DNA of 64,000 nucleotides from Octopus bimaculoides (Eukaryota). Made by a program: the position numbers and the translations under genes. Shown piece after piece: positions 1-10,780 of this stretch; positions within the stretch are counted from its first letter, which is position 1, and each line of letters starts with the position of its first letter. Below the pieces are notes generated by a model, which worked only from the letters and a program-made list of their open reading frames with translations, was not told the origin of the DNA and made no database searches. The stretch is taken from NCBI RefSeq assembly GCF_001194135.2, contig NC_068983.1, positions 13,453,149 to 13,517,148 of the forward strand. Direction: 5' to 3'.

Positions 1-241
1 TATTGATTTGCTCTGGAGTAAAGCATTATGCACGTGGAATTCGCAGACTATCAGACAGCGATGAAAGCAATCTGGTTGATGTGCATCGTAAATAAGTCCA
101 AGCCCATAACTAAAGATAGAAAATAGGTACAGAGAAAATTCTAGAGACCTGGCTTTCTAAGAAAGCTCTAAATGTAGTGGTTAGAGTGAGACCTAAGGAA
201 ATACAATACCTGTGACGAGAAAAAGGGAGGAGACATAGAAC

Positions 242-1051
242 CTAGCGATCAAAAAGATTCGTTATGCCAAGTTTCATTGTACTGAATATTCTCAACTCTT
301 TCACGGGTATGTTGATAGCATTGGCTATTTGATTTATAGTAAATCGCCTGTTCTCCATTGTCATGTGGTGAACACGATCAGTGTTTTTCCTAGGTGGCTG
401 CAGTTGCAGGAAGTCCAGACCTGGGGTCATCTTCAAGACCCTCTTCTTCTCTTGAATTCAACTGCCCGCTTTTGTACTAATGATAAAATTCGAGCGTCAT
501 CCCCTAATGTAAGAAAACATAGCAGCATGAATGTCCTTGGGGACTAAGCCTTTTTTTCTGCATGTACATGATAGCCCCATGATGCTAACCTTTGTCAATT
601 TTCAAGAAAGGTTGCTACTAGTTACTTCTGAATTCTTTTTTGATCTATCAGATGCCAGTTTACCTGGGAAGAAACAGTGCACTTATTAATCGATTACACC
701 CGAAAGGATGAAAGTTAAAATCGACCTTGTTGGAATTTGAACTCATAACGTAAAGACAAATGAAATGCCGCTAAGCATTTTGTTTGACGTCTTAACGATC
801 CTGCCCGCTCGCAGCCCCCTTATATCTTTTTCTGCATGTATATGATAGCACCACGATGCTAACTTTGTTCATTTTCAAGTAAGATCGCTACTAGTTACTT
901 CTGAATTCTTTTTTGATCTATCGGATGCCAATTTACTTGGGAAGAAACAGTGCACTTCTTAATAAGAATCGAAACTAACGCATGCAAGTTTTCACAGTTC
1001 TAGCATCACTCCTTCATAGCCAACCTATGAACTTTTCAGCACCCCCTCGTA
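242..1051 (-). mobile_element. Mariner (Tc1/mariner) 5' remnant: TIR plus degenerate N-terminal transposase
   Basis: Minus-strand TIR TA-cgagggggtgctgaaaagtt at 1051-1030. ORF 242..436 (DRVHHMTMENRRFTINQIANAINI) resembles the mariner second HTH region. Interrupted by a SINE fragment at ~690-820. Confidence 0.8.
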
Positions 1052-2227
1052 TGTATATGTGAAGCTAGATGTTAGTATATCTAAGAAATTAGTACACGTG
1101 TTTACGCGTGTGACAAGTCTAATTTATATAGATGCGAATAAGCTTTTATCAAGTGGCATGAATAAAAACCGTGTTTTTAGTCAAGTACATTTTTATAGAC
1201 GGATTAGTTTATCAGACAGTAAGACAGAGAATTCTTTAATTCTTTCAGTTACATATTTTCCTGTCCGTTAATTTGCTATTCGGATTCTAGCATTGTCTTT
1301 TATCAATGTTAAGTAGATTTTGGTTGTGCAATCAAGATTTGGAATTCAAAAATCTCGACATGAATAAATGGAAGCTGTTGTTTAACACCAGATTAACCAT
1401 AATTGAGAAGATCTATAATCAAAAACTTCATTAGCTGGTTGTTTTCGTTTTCTTCGACATTGGTCTACAATAACAGTTCAATATTAGGAGTAGATCGAGG
1501 GTGGCGAGCTTACCAGAATCGTTAGTTCACCGAGCAAACTGCTCGTCCTTTTTAAGCTTTGAGTTCAAATTCCGTTGACGTCGATAAAATAGGTACTAGG
1601 GTCGATTTAATTGAGTTCTCCCCTCCCATAAAATTGCTGACCTTGTGCCAAACTTTTAAACCAATGTTAGTTATGTAACTGAAGGAATTAAAGAATTCAC
1701 TGTCTTACTGTCTGATAAACTAATCCGTCTATAAAAATGTACTTGACTAAAAACACGGTTTTTATTCATGCCACTTGATAAAAGCTTATTCGCATCTATA
1801 TAAATTAGACTTGTCACACGCGTAAACACGTGTACTAATTTCTTAGATATACTTACATCTAGCTTCACATATACATACGAGGGGGTGCTGAAAAGTTCAT
1901 AGGTTGGCTATGAAGGCGTGATGCTAGAACTGTGAAAACTTGCATGCGTTAATTTCAATTCTTATTAATAAGTGCACTGTTTCTTCCCAAGTAAACTGGC
2001 ATTTGATAGACCAAAAAAGAATTCAGAAGTAACTAGTAGTGACCTTTCTTGAAAATGAACAAAGTTAGCAACGTGGGGCTATCGTGTACATGCAGAAAAA
2101 GATATAAGGGGGCTGCGAGCGGGCAGGATCGTTGAGACGTCAAACAAAATGCTTCATTTCTCTTTACGTTATGAGTTCAAATTCCAACAAGGTCGATTTT
2201 AACTTTCACCATTTCAGATGTAATCGA
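690..2227. repeat. Long inverted duplication, arms ~690-1255 and ~1672-2227, spacer ~416 bp
   Basis: ORFs 1059..1271(+) and 1671..1868(-) translate almost identically. The reverse-complement match extends through the mariner TIR (second copy at 1876-1897) and the SINE fragment. Confidence 0.92.
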
Positions 2228-2377
2228 CTTGCCTTCTACCCAACAAAATTTCAGACCTTGTGTCTTTGTGTTTCTAGTAGAAAGGATAGCATGTTTGTGT
2301 GTGTATGCATGTACGTACGTTCGTGTGTATGTATATACGTACGTATGTATGTTAGTGTATGCGTACTGTAGAAAGTA

Positions 2378-2749
2378 GTGGAGGCGCAATGGCCCAGTGG
2401 TTAGGGCAGCGGACTCGCGGTTTCAATTCCCAGACCGGGCGTTGTGAGTGTTTATTCAGCGAAAACACCTAAAGCTCCACGTTGCTCCGGCAGGGGATGG
2501 TGGCGAACCTTGCTGTACTCTTTCACCACAACTTTCTCTCACTCTCACTTCCTATTTCTGTTGTGCCTGTAATTCAAAGGGTCAGCCTTGTCACACTATG
2601 TCACGCTGAATATCCCCGAGAACTACGTTAAGGGTACACGTGTCTGTGGAGTGCTCAGCCACGTGCACGTTAATTTCACGAGCATGTTCCGCTGATCGGA
2701 TCGACTGGAACCCTCGACGACGTAAGTGACGGAGTGCCAACAACAACAA
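2378..2749 (+). mobile_element. tRNA-derived SINE family B, near full length
   Basis: Head gtggaggcgcaatggcccagtggttagggc with A/B-box-like motifs. Tail ...gacggagtgccaacaacaac. Matches the copies at 22.5, 25.8, 29.6, 35.2 and 48.4 kb. Confidence 0.9.
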
Positions 2750-3090
2750 TTATACAAAGTATGTACTGAGTTTGCAAAATATGAAATATTACATCTTATC
2801 AAATATATATCTTTGGCTGATTGCTGTTATACAATATTATTAGATTATATATTAAGCCTTTGCGAAGAACGATAGCTAGATTTTAAACGTTTACCAAATT
2901 TACAGACACCTAATATAACATCTATCTTTCAGAAAATGAAAAATAGAGGTGACCTTGATAAATTATTCTTTCAGAGATACTTTATATTCGAACTAAATGT
3001 ATTCTATTTTAAATACAGTGTTTAAAATGGACAAAGAACTTAAACTTATATTCAGAAAATCAACTCTGTTCAGATTAATAATTATTGATT

Positions 3091-3297
3091 TAAAATTTTG
3101 GCACAAGGTTAACAATTTTGGAGGAGGGATAAGTCTATTACTTTGACCCCAGTGCATGCTCAACTCGTGCTTATTTAATCGACCCTGGAAGGATGAGAGG
3201 CAAAGTCAACCTCGGTGGAATATAGAACGTAGAGACGGGCGAAATGCCGCATGGCATTTTGTCTGGCGTGCTAATGATTCTGACTTCTCGCCTCCTT
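3091..3297 (-). mobile_element. SINE family A, degenerate
   Basis: Reverse complement of the shared body gaggtcgactttgcctttcatcctttcggggtcgataaa. Confidence 0.75.
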
Positions 3298-3517
3298 ATT
3301 ACGATCCTTATTGCTTTTGTAAGGACGACCATGGCCGGCCGGTTCTATAATCAAACTGCATTCCATCGGCGGGTATTTCGTCCTTTTCTAAAGCTGAGAC
3401 TACTCTCACCAACATGATCTTCCTATATTAAAGACGGTACGGTATGATCTAATGGAAATTTGGCTCCGCTATTTTTACCAAAATCGAACAACTACAAACA
3501 GATTCTATATTTAAGAG

Positions 3518-3835
3518 ATGAGGAATTCTGTACATTATTTACATTATTTACATTCGACGGATATTTGTCCTCATCTTGTTTCGGGCATATGGCGTAGTGG
3601 TTAAGAGAGCGGGCTACTAACCCAAAGATTCCGAGTTCGATCCCAAGCAATGACCTGAACACTAATAATAATGATGATAATAATAAGAAGAAGAATACTT
3701 TAGGAATGAGAACCCAGGTTCGAAATTTCCCAAGACACCTGAGGAAGGCTGGAGGGTATATCAGCCGAAACGTATTAACAAGCAAGATCAGGACAAATAT
3801 CCGTCAAATGTAAATAATGAACTACAGCTTCCTCA
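3518..3835 (+). mobile_element. tRNA-like head plus Penelope pLTR-like segment with hammerhead-like core, bounded by inverted repeats
   Basis: A box tggcgtagtgg 3590-3600 and B box gagttcgatcc 3633-3643, then (AAT)n. CTGAGGA-a-ggctg..cagcc-GAAA-cgt at 3739-3773. Inverted arms 3541-3580 / 3781-3820 (about 3 mismatches in 40). Confidence 0.65.
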
Positions 3836-4171
3836 TAGGTCGGTTTTCTTAATTTTCATTGGTCACCTTAGCAATGAGATATGTAGAATTTCGTCGACGT
3901 TTCTGTAATTAGATAACATAATATAAAAATTCTTACAAACTATGGCACCTGACCAGAGATTTTAGTGGAAGAAGTCGGTTAAATCGCCCCCAGTGTTCAA
4001 CTGGTACTTATTTAATTATTCCCAAAAGAATGAATAGCAAAATTGAACTCAGGAAGATTTGCCTTTCAGAACGTAAAGAGCCGGAAGAAGTGTTGCTTAG
4101 CATTTTGTTCGAAGCGTTAAAGATTCTGCCAGCTCACCGCCTTATAACAATAAACACATATACACACTCAT

Positions 4172-4220
<49 letters not shown>

Positions 4221-5570
4221 CATATTCTTTTATTCTTTTATATGGTTGAGCCTTGAGGCTGTGACCATATATGTATATATGTAAAGAAAACATAGTGATT
4301 TGGGTTAATGGCACTTGTCCTGCAGTTTTATAGCGCTAATTAATCAGAACAAATTACCTGATTTTCTCATTATACGTAGTCCTTTAAGAAATGTAATTAG
4401 TCTGAGAACTTCACAAGTTGACATTAGAATTGTGACATTTACGATGTTGTTGTTTTGTTGTTGTTTAACCCCAGGACAGTCTAAGACAGTTGTGACTTAA
4501 ATAGTTGACTGCTATGTCTTGCAAGACACGCACCGCATTGAAGCTTCTTGTGCTATTCAGATCAACCAGAAAACAAGATAGCTCTCATCAAAGACGTTTC
4601 AGTGGTGCCATTGTTGCTCCGTTACTGAAAGCAGTAGTTTGTTGTGATTTAAGGACATTTCACTGCTATTTCTTGCAGGACACTACCCCATTGAAGCGTC
4701 CTTTTATGTTATTTAAAAAGGTACCGGCAAATCGCTTTCTACTCGGCTTCCCTTCAAGATTTACTTCACTTCCGACCCACCACAACTCCGCAAAAATTAA
4801 ATGGCGGCGACCGAGAAATTAATAACGTGTTAGCTGTGCTTTGGCTTCTGTACTAGCTGTACGATGGTTAATTTTTTCCTGCCAAAGTTAATTGCCTTGC
4901 TTAAGAACAGTATATTCGGGAAGGTTTATTAATAAATTCATGACCTACATTTAAACAACCATTGAAATGAGAGACTAGCAACACCTTATACATTCAACCA
5001 TAGAAAGAAACACTCGCTTATCTCGTATAATAATGTCGAAAATTAGAGTATGAGTAAAAAAGAACACATTATCACTGATAACCTCCTGTCTTTCATTTTA
5101 TTTTTCGTAGAAAGCAATTACGATTTCCTGTGAAAGACTTAATGATATTTTGAGATATATTTCGAAACACATGGCCGGTTTCCTTATCTCTATTAACGAC
5201 ATACTACTTAAGACAAACACCTCTATAACCTCTTAACTATATCTATCAAGTAAAGATTATACTGTAATATGTAGGCTGATAGTCACTGAGCAATAAGTCA
5301 GTGTCAAACATGTGTATGTTAGAAAAAGAGAATATCTGTACATGCATATGTTTGTGCGTTTGTATGAAGTTGCATGTCTGTGTTTATATGAATGAATAGG
5401 TATATTCTCTTATGAACTGTTATGCCTACGTTTATGCAATGTTGTATGTGTGTGTCCATACGTACGTCACTGTTTAAGTGTGTGCATTTATATGAAGTCT
5501 TATGTCGGCCATATTGATATTAGTATTGTGTGTATATACACAGACAGACACACACGCACACATATATATG

Positions 5571-5607
<37 letters not shown>

Positions 5608-5608
<1 letters not shown>

Positions 5609-5793
5609 CGGAGTAAGCACATGAAATGTGCAACAACGTGGGAAAAAGAGTACTTAAATACCAGAGGTAGAGTAATATGCTTTATTTAAAAGCAGCAGAA
5701 ATATAACAAAAAACTGTTACTCGGAGTTTCACGTTCATCGGACAGTTTATTTTATTTCGTTTTTTGTTATATTTCTGCTGCTTTTAAATAAAG
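5608..5793 (-). mobile_element. Penelope pLTR-like fragment with 35-bp perfect inverted repeat and degenerate hammerhead
   Basis: Arms 5680-5714 / 5759-5793 are exact reverse complements. The minus strand 5748-5711 reads aaactgt-CCGATGA-acgt-GAAA-ctccgag-TA-acagttt. Flanked by (TA)n on both sides. Confidence 0.55.
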
Positions 5794-5804
5794 TATATAT
5801 ATAC

Positions 5805-5860
<56 letters not shown>

Positions 5861-5862
<2 letters not shown>

Positions 5863-6763
5863 TGGATTGATATACAAGTGGGCCGAAATAATCAACATGC
5901 AGTTTAATGCTGGAATATTTCAAGCATTGCACTATCAACTCATGAATGCACTACAGCTTGCATATACAGGACCCAAAGGCAATAAAATCTCAGAGCCACA
6001 GGCAGTGAATGACTTGGGGATCAGTATGTGCAATGATGCATCATTTTATATGCACATTAGCAAGATGGCAGGATGGATACTGAGGTCCTTCAACACTAGA
6101 GACCAAAAAACTACGTGGAGAACCTTTGTTCTCAGCCGCCTGAACTACTGATCCCAGTTATGGTCACCACATAATGCCAAACTAACAGCGGAGCTTGAGG
6201 TAGTCCAAAGCTACGATACTAAACAGATTGAAACAGTGCAGTTGATGAGATACAAGGATAGGCTGAGAAAACTGCAACTTTACTTCCTGGAGCGAAAGTG
6301 TGAGAGATTCAACAATCTACATACGGAAAACTCTAGAAGGGCTAGTACGGTGTTATACCAATGCCAGAACTGGTCGCCATTGTATTGTACCAAAGGTATC
6401 ATCCACTCTATCGAAATTCAGGACCAGGTAGTGCAATAGTCTAGGGTTCGAAAGCTTACAGATCTTCAAATCTCTGCCACAAAAATTAAGAAATCTGCAT
6501 AAGATGGACGTAGATGTCTTCAAAAATGAAGTCGACATCCTCTTCTCCACAATACCGGATGACACAATAGCCCGACATGAGGTGCAAGCGAGGGCAGCAG
6601 AATCAAACTCCTTTATAAACCAAATGGGCCAACAGCTGGAACAGAGGCAGATAGAGGAGTGGTGATGAGAAACAGTCCAGACTGAGGAAATCAGAGAGAC
6701 CACGGTGGTGCTCCAGCATGACTGCAGCCGCATGGCTGAAACGAGTAAAAGAATAAAAGAATA
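5861..6763 (+). mobile_element. 5'-truncated LINE (CR1/L2 superclade): RT C-terminus and 3' UTR, frameshifted
   Basis: ORF 5867..6151 (KWAEIINMQFN...VNDLGISM...GWILRSFNTRD...FVLSRLNY) and ORF 6236..6439 (YKDRLRKLQLYFLERK) are typical post-RT motifs. Ends in an aaaagaat tandem tail. Confidence 0.85.
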
Positions 6764-7044
6764 TATATATTATAACAAATTATATTGTGTTGTGTAATAT
6801 AGATTGTATATAGCCCGTCCATCTATGCATGCTACGTAATTTAATAGACTTCATAAATAACACTGGCTAAACATTCTTAACCGCCCGAGAAATACACACG
6901 TAAGCTTAGATATTACTTGATAAATCAATTATTGCCTCCCCTTAACCACAAATACTTGTAACTGTCCCTCTATTACAATACACACTTCCAATCTGTTTGG
7001 ATATAAGCGACCTTGATGCTGTTAGGATGTAAGCCAAAACTTGA

Positions 7045-7108
7045 TCAACCCCCAACTGCGCCATCAGGGTGACTATTGTCTGATACTGAAAGACTCGAAA
7101 TTTCTTCC
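7045..7108 (-). CDS. Speculative terminal exon (EEISSLSVSDNSHPDGAVGG*)
   Basis: AG acceptor at 7110-7109 (weak, AAG), phase 2, TGA at 7047-7045. Phase matches candidate exon 8549-8644. Confidence 0.15.
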
Positions 7109-7608
7109 CTTCATTAAAAAATTGAATTACATATACATACAGATACGTGGGTGTGTGGTGCGTTTGTATGTGGCAGGGAGGTACAGTATTTCTGAATGGG
7201 CAAAGTGTTACGAAGTTCACTTCACGATCATGATATGCTGGATTCGATCTCAGTGCGTGAAATCGTGGGCAAATATCATTTTCTATAGACTCGGAGTGAC
7301 GTTTGCCTTGTAAGTGAGGTTTGACAGGCGAAAACAGTTAAGAAACTCATTCGGTGTATTATGCTTGGAATTCAAAATACAACCTTATCCCAAAACACAC
7401 TGTGTCGCGTTAATTCTGCGCGAGATTTGCAACGTTTCTGTGTAATGTCAAACTACTTTCACGTTAATACAGGAGGAAGTAATTCAGTTGTTTGAACAAC
7501 CGAATCCCTATCAGTTATTGTCGAACGAAACAGGCCCACCACTATCGTATACATATGTATGTGTGTGAGTGTGTGCGAGTGCCATCGTATGAAAGTTTAT
7601 GTGTGTAA

Positions 7609-7639
<31 letters not shown>

Positions 7640-7805
7640 GGTGCGTGTGTGTGTGTGTGTGTATACATACAGATATACAGGTATATATAGCAACTGGCAG
7701 CAGGAACGGTCCCCAGTCAAATTTCCCAAGTGTGTGTGTGTGTGTGTGTGTGTCTATATGTGTATGTATATATATATGTGTAATGGACTCTCCCATCATG
7801 TGTCC

Positions 7806-7841
<36 letters not shown>

Positions 7842-8199
7842 TCTGTTAAAGTCTGTCATACCGGCCATGATGAAATACCACAAGGTATGGAAAATACGTA
7901 TTCGCCTTTATATATTTAATCCTTTATATTGAACACTCAATATTTCATTTATTCAATAAGACATATTCCATATATTCAATAAGACATTCAATACTTTATT
8001 TCATTGTACCATCCATTTTTATTTTATATTATATATTGTATATTATATTATATATTCCATATTCTATATCCCACATTGGTTTTGCAGGAATATAAATAAA
8101 ACATAAAAAACAGACAGTGTTGGAACTCTTTTAAACAAAATAATATATTCCTCTATACACAATCATACAAAACCCCTTTTTTTGTATTTATTTTTACTC

Positions 8200-8247
<48 letters not shown>

Positions 8248-8548
8248 AAACTATCGGTCTGTTGTGATGTGCGCACGTATGTGCGTGTGCGTGTGAGAGT
8301 AAATAATCAATATCTTTCGGGCAGTAAACTCTTGAAAAAGACTGAAAATATATTTAGTGTCATTGTAGTCACATTCAAAAGGGCAACAAAAATATCGGTA
8401 AAAAATTACAAAAGTAACACGATATAAAAAAACAAAACAGTTAAGAAAATAGAAGGCAGGAGAGGTGGCCACGTTTTTCTTATCAGTTTCTTATGTGTTT
8501 TTCATTTGCTCTAATGTTTTTACTATAAACAAATTGACATTAACTCAC

Positions 8549-8644
8549 TTATTTTTTTCCAATATTTCTGAAGAGCTATTAAAATGGCGAATCGACTCTA
8601 CAGCTTTGTAAGATTTTGTATTTAATGATATCAGCTCAGGAGTT
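8549..8644 (-). CDS. Speculative internal exon (TPELISLNTKSYKAVESIRHFNSSSEILEKN)
   Basis: Pyrimidine-rich acceptor ...gatgtag, donor gtgagt at 8548, 96 nt, open only in phase 2/2. Confidence 0.25.
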
Positions 8645-8824
8645 CTACATCAATAGGTGGGTGCGGGAAGGAACCGACTGAGACAACAATAACGAATGTA
8701 ACAAACGGGATATTTTCCTTTAATCAACACACTAAAGAAGTAACTGTTTTTGTATTTAGGACAAAGAAGTTCGCCAGTGGTGCACCATATATATACATAC
8801 ATACATAGATACATACGTGTGCGT

Positions 8825-9187
8825 ATGCGTAGTAAGAAGTTTGCCTCCCAACCACACGATTCTAGATTCAGTCTAACTGCGTGGCACCTTGGATAGGAGT
8901 CTTCTACTACAGCTTCGGGTTGACCAGAGCCTTGTGAGTGGATTTGGTAGACGGAAATTGAAAGAAGTCCGTCGTATGTGTGTATGTGTATGTGTTTGCT
9001 CTCCACCACCGCTTGATAACCGGTGTTGGTTATGTTTATGTCCCCGTAATTTAGTGAGCCGACGACAGAAATCAAGAGAATAAGTTCCAAGCTTAAGTAA
9101 GTGCTGGTGTTGATTCATTCGACTAAACTTTTTCGGGGCGGTGCCCCAGCATGGCCGCTGTCTAATGACTAAAGCAAAGATAAAAGA
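8825..9187 (+). mobile_element. SINE family C, degenerate
   Basis: Body gcgtggcaccttgg...ggatttggtagacggaaa with internal (TG)n; tail ggtgccccagcatggccgc...aaagataaaag. Confidence 0.8.
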
Positions 9188-9212
9188 AATATGAACTATT
9201 TAATAGAAAAAT

Positions 9213-9656
9213 AGGCGCATGAGTGGCTCTGTGGTAAGTAGCTTGCTTACCAAACACATGGTTCCAGGTTCAGTCCCACTGCGTGGCACCTTAGGCGAGT
9301 GTCTCCTACTATGGCCTTGGTCCGACCAAAGCCTTGTTACTGGATTTGGTAGGCGGAAACTGAAAGATGCCCGTCGTATATATGTATGTATATATATATA
9401 TATATATGTATGTTTGTGCGTCTGTGTTTGTCCCTCCAACGTCGCTTGACAACCGATGCTGGTGTGTTTAGGTCCCCGTAACTTAGTGGTTCGGCAAAAG
9501 AGACCGATAGAATAAGTACTAGGCTTACAAAGAATAAGTCTTGGGGTCGATTTGATTCGACTAAAGGCACACTCACAACGCCCGGTCTAGGAATCGAAAC
9601 CGCGATCCTATGACCACGTGTCCGCTGCCCTAACCACTGGGCCATTGCGCCTCCAC
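9213..9656 (+). mobile_element. SINE C (9213-9568, +) abutting an inverted SINE B head (9569-9656, -)
   Basis: The SINE C body stops at ctaaaggc and is followed directly by the reverse complement of the family B 5' end. Confidence 0.8.
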
Positions 9657-9739
9657 TGTGGCTGATAGACGAAAAGAAAGATAAAAGTAGATACAAATGT
9701 TTGAATTAAAAGCGAATGTTCCCAACTTGAAACCGTTAC

Positions 9740-9792
9740 GTGTCGCGTGAAAATGGATCATCATCAAATATACATGTAAATATAAAAACTAC
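9740..9792 (-). CDS. Speculative internal exon (VVFIFTCIFDDDPFSRD)
   Basis: Acceptor ctctctctctgtag, donor gtaacg, 53 nt, phase 0 to 2. Bridges candidates 10355-10406 and 8549-8644. Confidence 0.2.
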
Positions 9793-9944
9793 CTACAGAG
9801 AGAGAGAGACTTCCAGGGAACCGACGACCTAGGATGCAAGACAAGGCTGAGTGATTAGTGGGCATGGGTTCACTAGAGCGTGAGGAACGATGTTCCTAAA
9901 TATAAGACATTGAATAATTTTACATTAAGAAGTGGAATCTCGTA

Positions 9945-10310
9945 GTACCAGCAGACAAAATGGAAAAGGCGTTGACCCGGAAGATGGTGAAGGAGATGTG
10001 TTGGAACAATCACTCTGACTCGTGGGGCTCGCACTTTCGGACAGCCATCTCCTCTACGATAGCAATGAGCAGGGATATGGTCCGTGGAACGAGAATGCCG
10101 GAAGTCTCCGCTATTATAGGCTCTGAGAGCCTGTCAGAGAGCGACCGATGCTATGACAGTTTGCTTTTAAGAGCCTGACGACCAGTGGAGTCTGGGCTGG
10201 GAGCTGAACACAAGTTGCCACTGGAGATGATGTCACAGCATGTGGTATCCCAGACACGCTAGCCACTGTCACAAAACAGGAAAACACAGTATATGGAAAA
10301 TATCAGTTTA
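9945..10310 (-). mobile_element. CRE-like non-LTR retrotransposon 3' fragment (restriction-like endonuclease domain), degenerate
   Basis: Minus translation WDTTCCD...ALKSKLS*HRSLSDR..EPIIAETSGILVP...LFQHISFTIFRVNAFSIL fits the RLE C-terminal pattern WDATC.D...K..KY..L...P.A.ET.G...WL.QRIS...QRGNA.SIL. Confidence 0.7.
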
Positions 10311-10354
10311 TCGAAGTTTGTCACCTAGCCACAGAACACATGTGAGACCCTTAC

Positions 10355-10406
10355 ACATAGAGATACTTCATTTTCCTTAAATGTGGGTTCCTTCATTTGA
10401 CTGTGC
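10355..10406 (-). CDS. Speculative internal exon (HSQMKEPTFKENEVSLC)
   Basis: Strong polypyrimidine acceptor ctctttgtatctttctctcacgcatccag, donor gtaagg, 52 nt, phase 2 to 0. Confidence 0.25.
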
Positions 10407-10745
10407 CTGGATGCGTGAGAGAAAGATACAAAGAGAGACACATAGACACAAGGAAAACGTCAATGCGCATATGTATGTATATATACGTATGTATATATGT
10501 ATTAGTTTGTGCTAAAGCGTACACGCATGTATACTCGTGCACGCGTGTGTATGGTGGAGGGGGAAGGGTTTATGTGTGTTCTTTGAGTCACGGTTACCAT
10601 GACAGTCATGCTTGTTTTTATCCATCCTTCGTAGAATTCAGGGTGACATATTTAACATTGGTTGACCTTTGTATAGTCTTCGATTTTCTCTCCTTCCCTT
10701 TACCACTACCATTATTATATTAAGATTATTATCATCATCATTATG

Positions 10746-10780
<35 letters not shown>

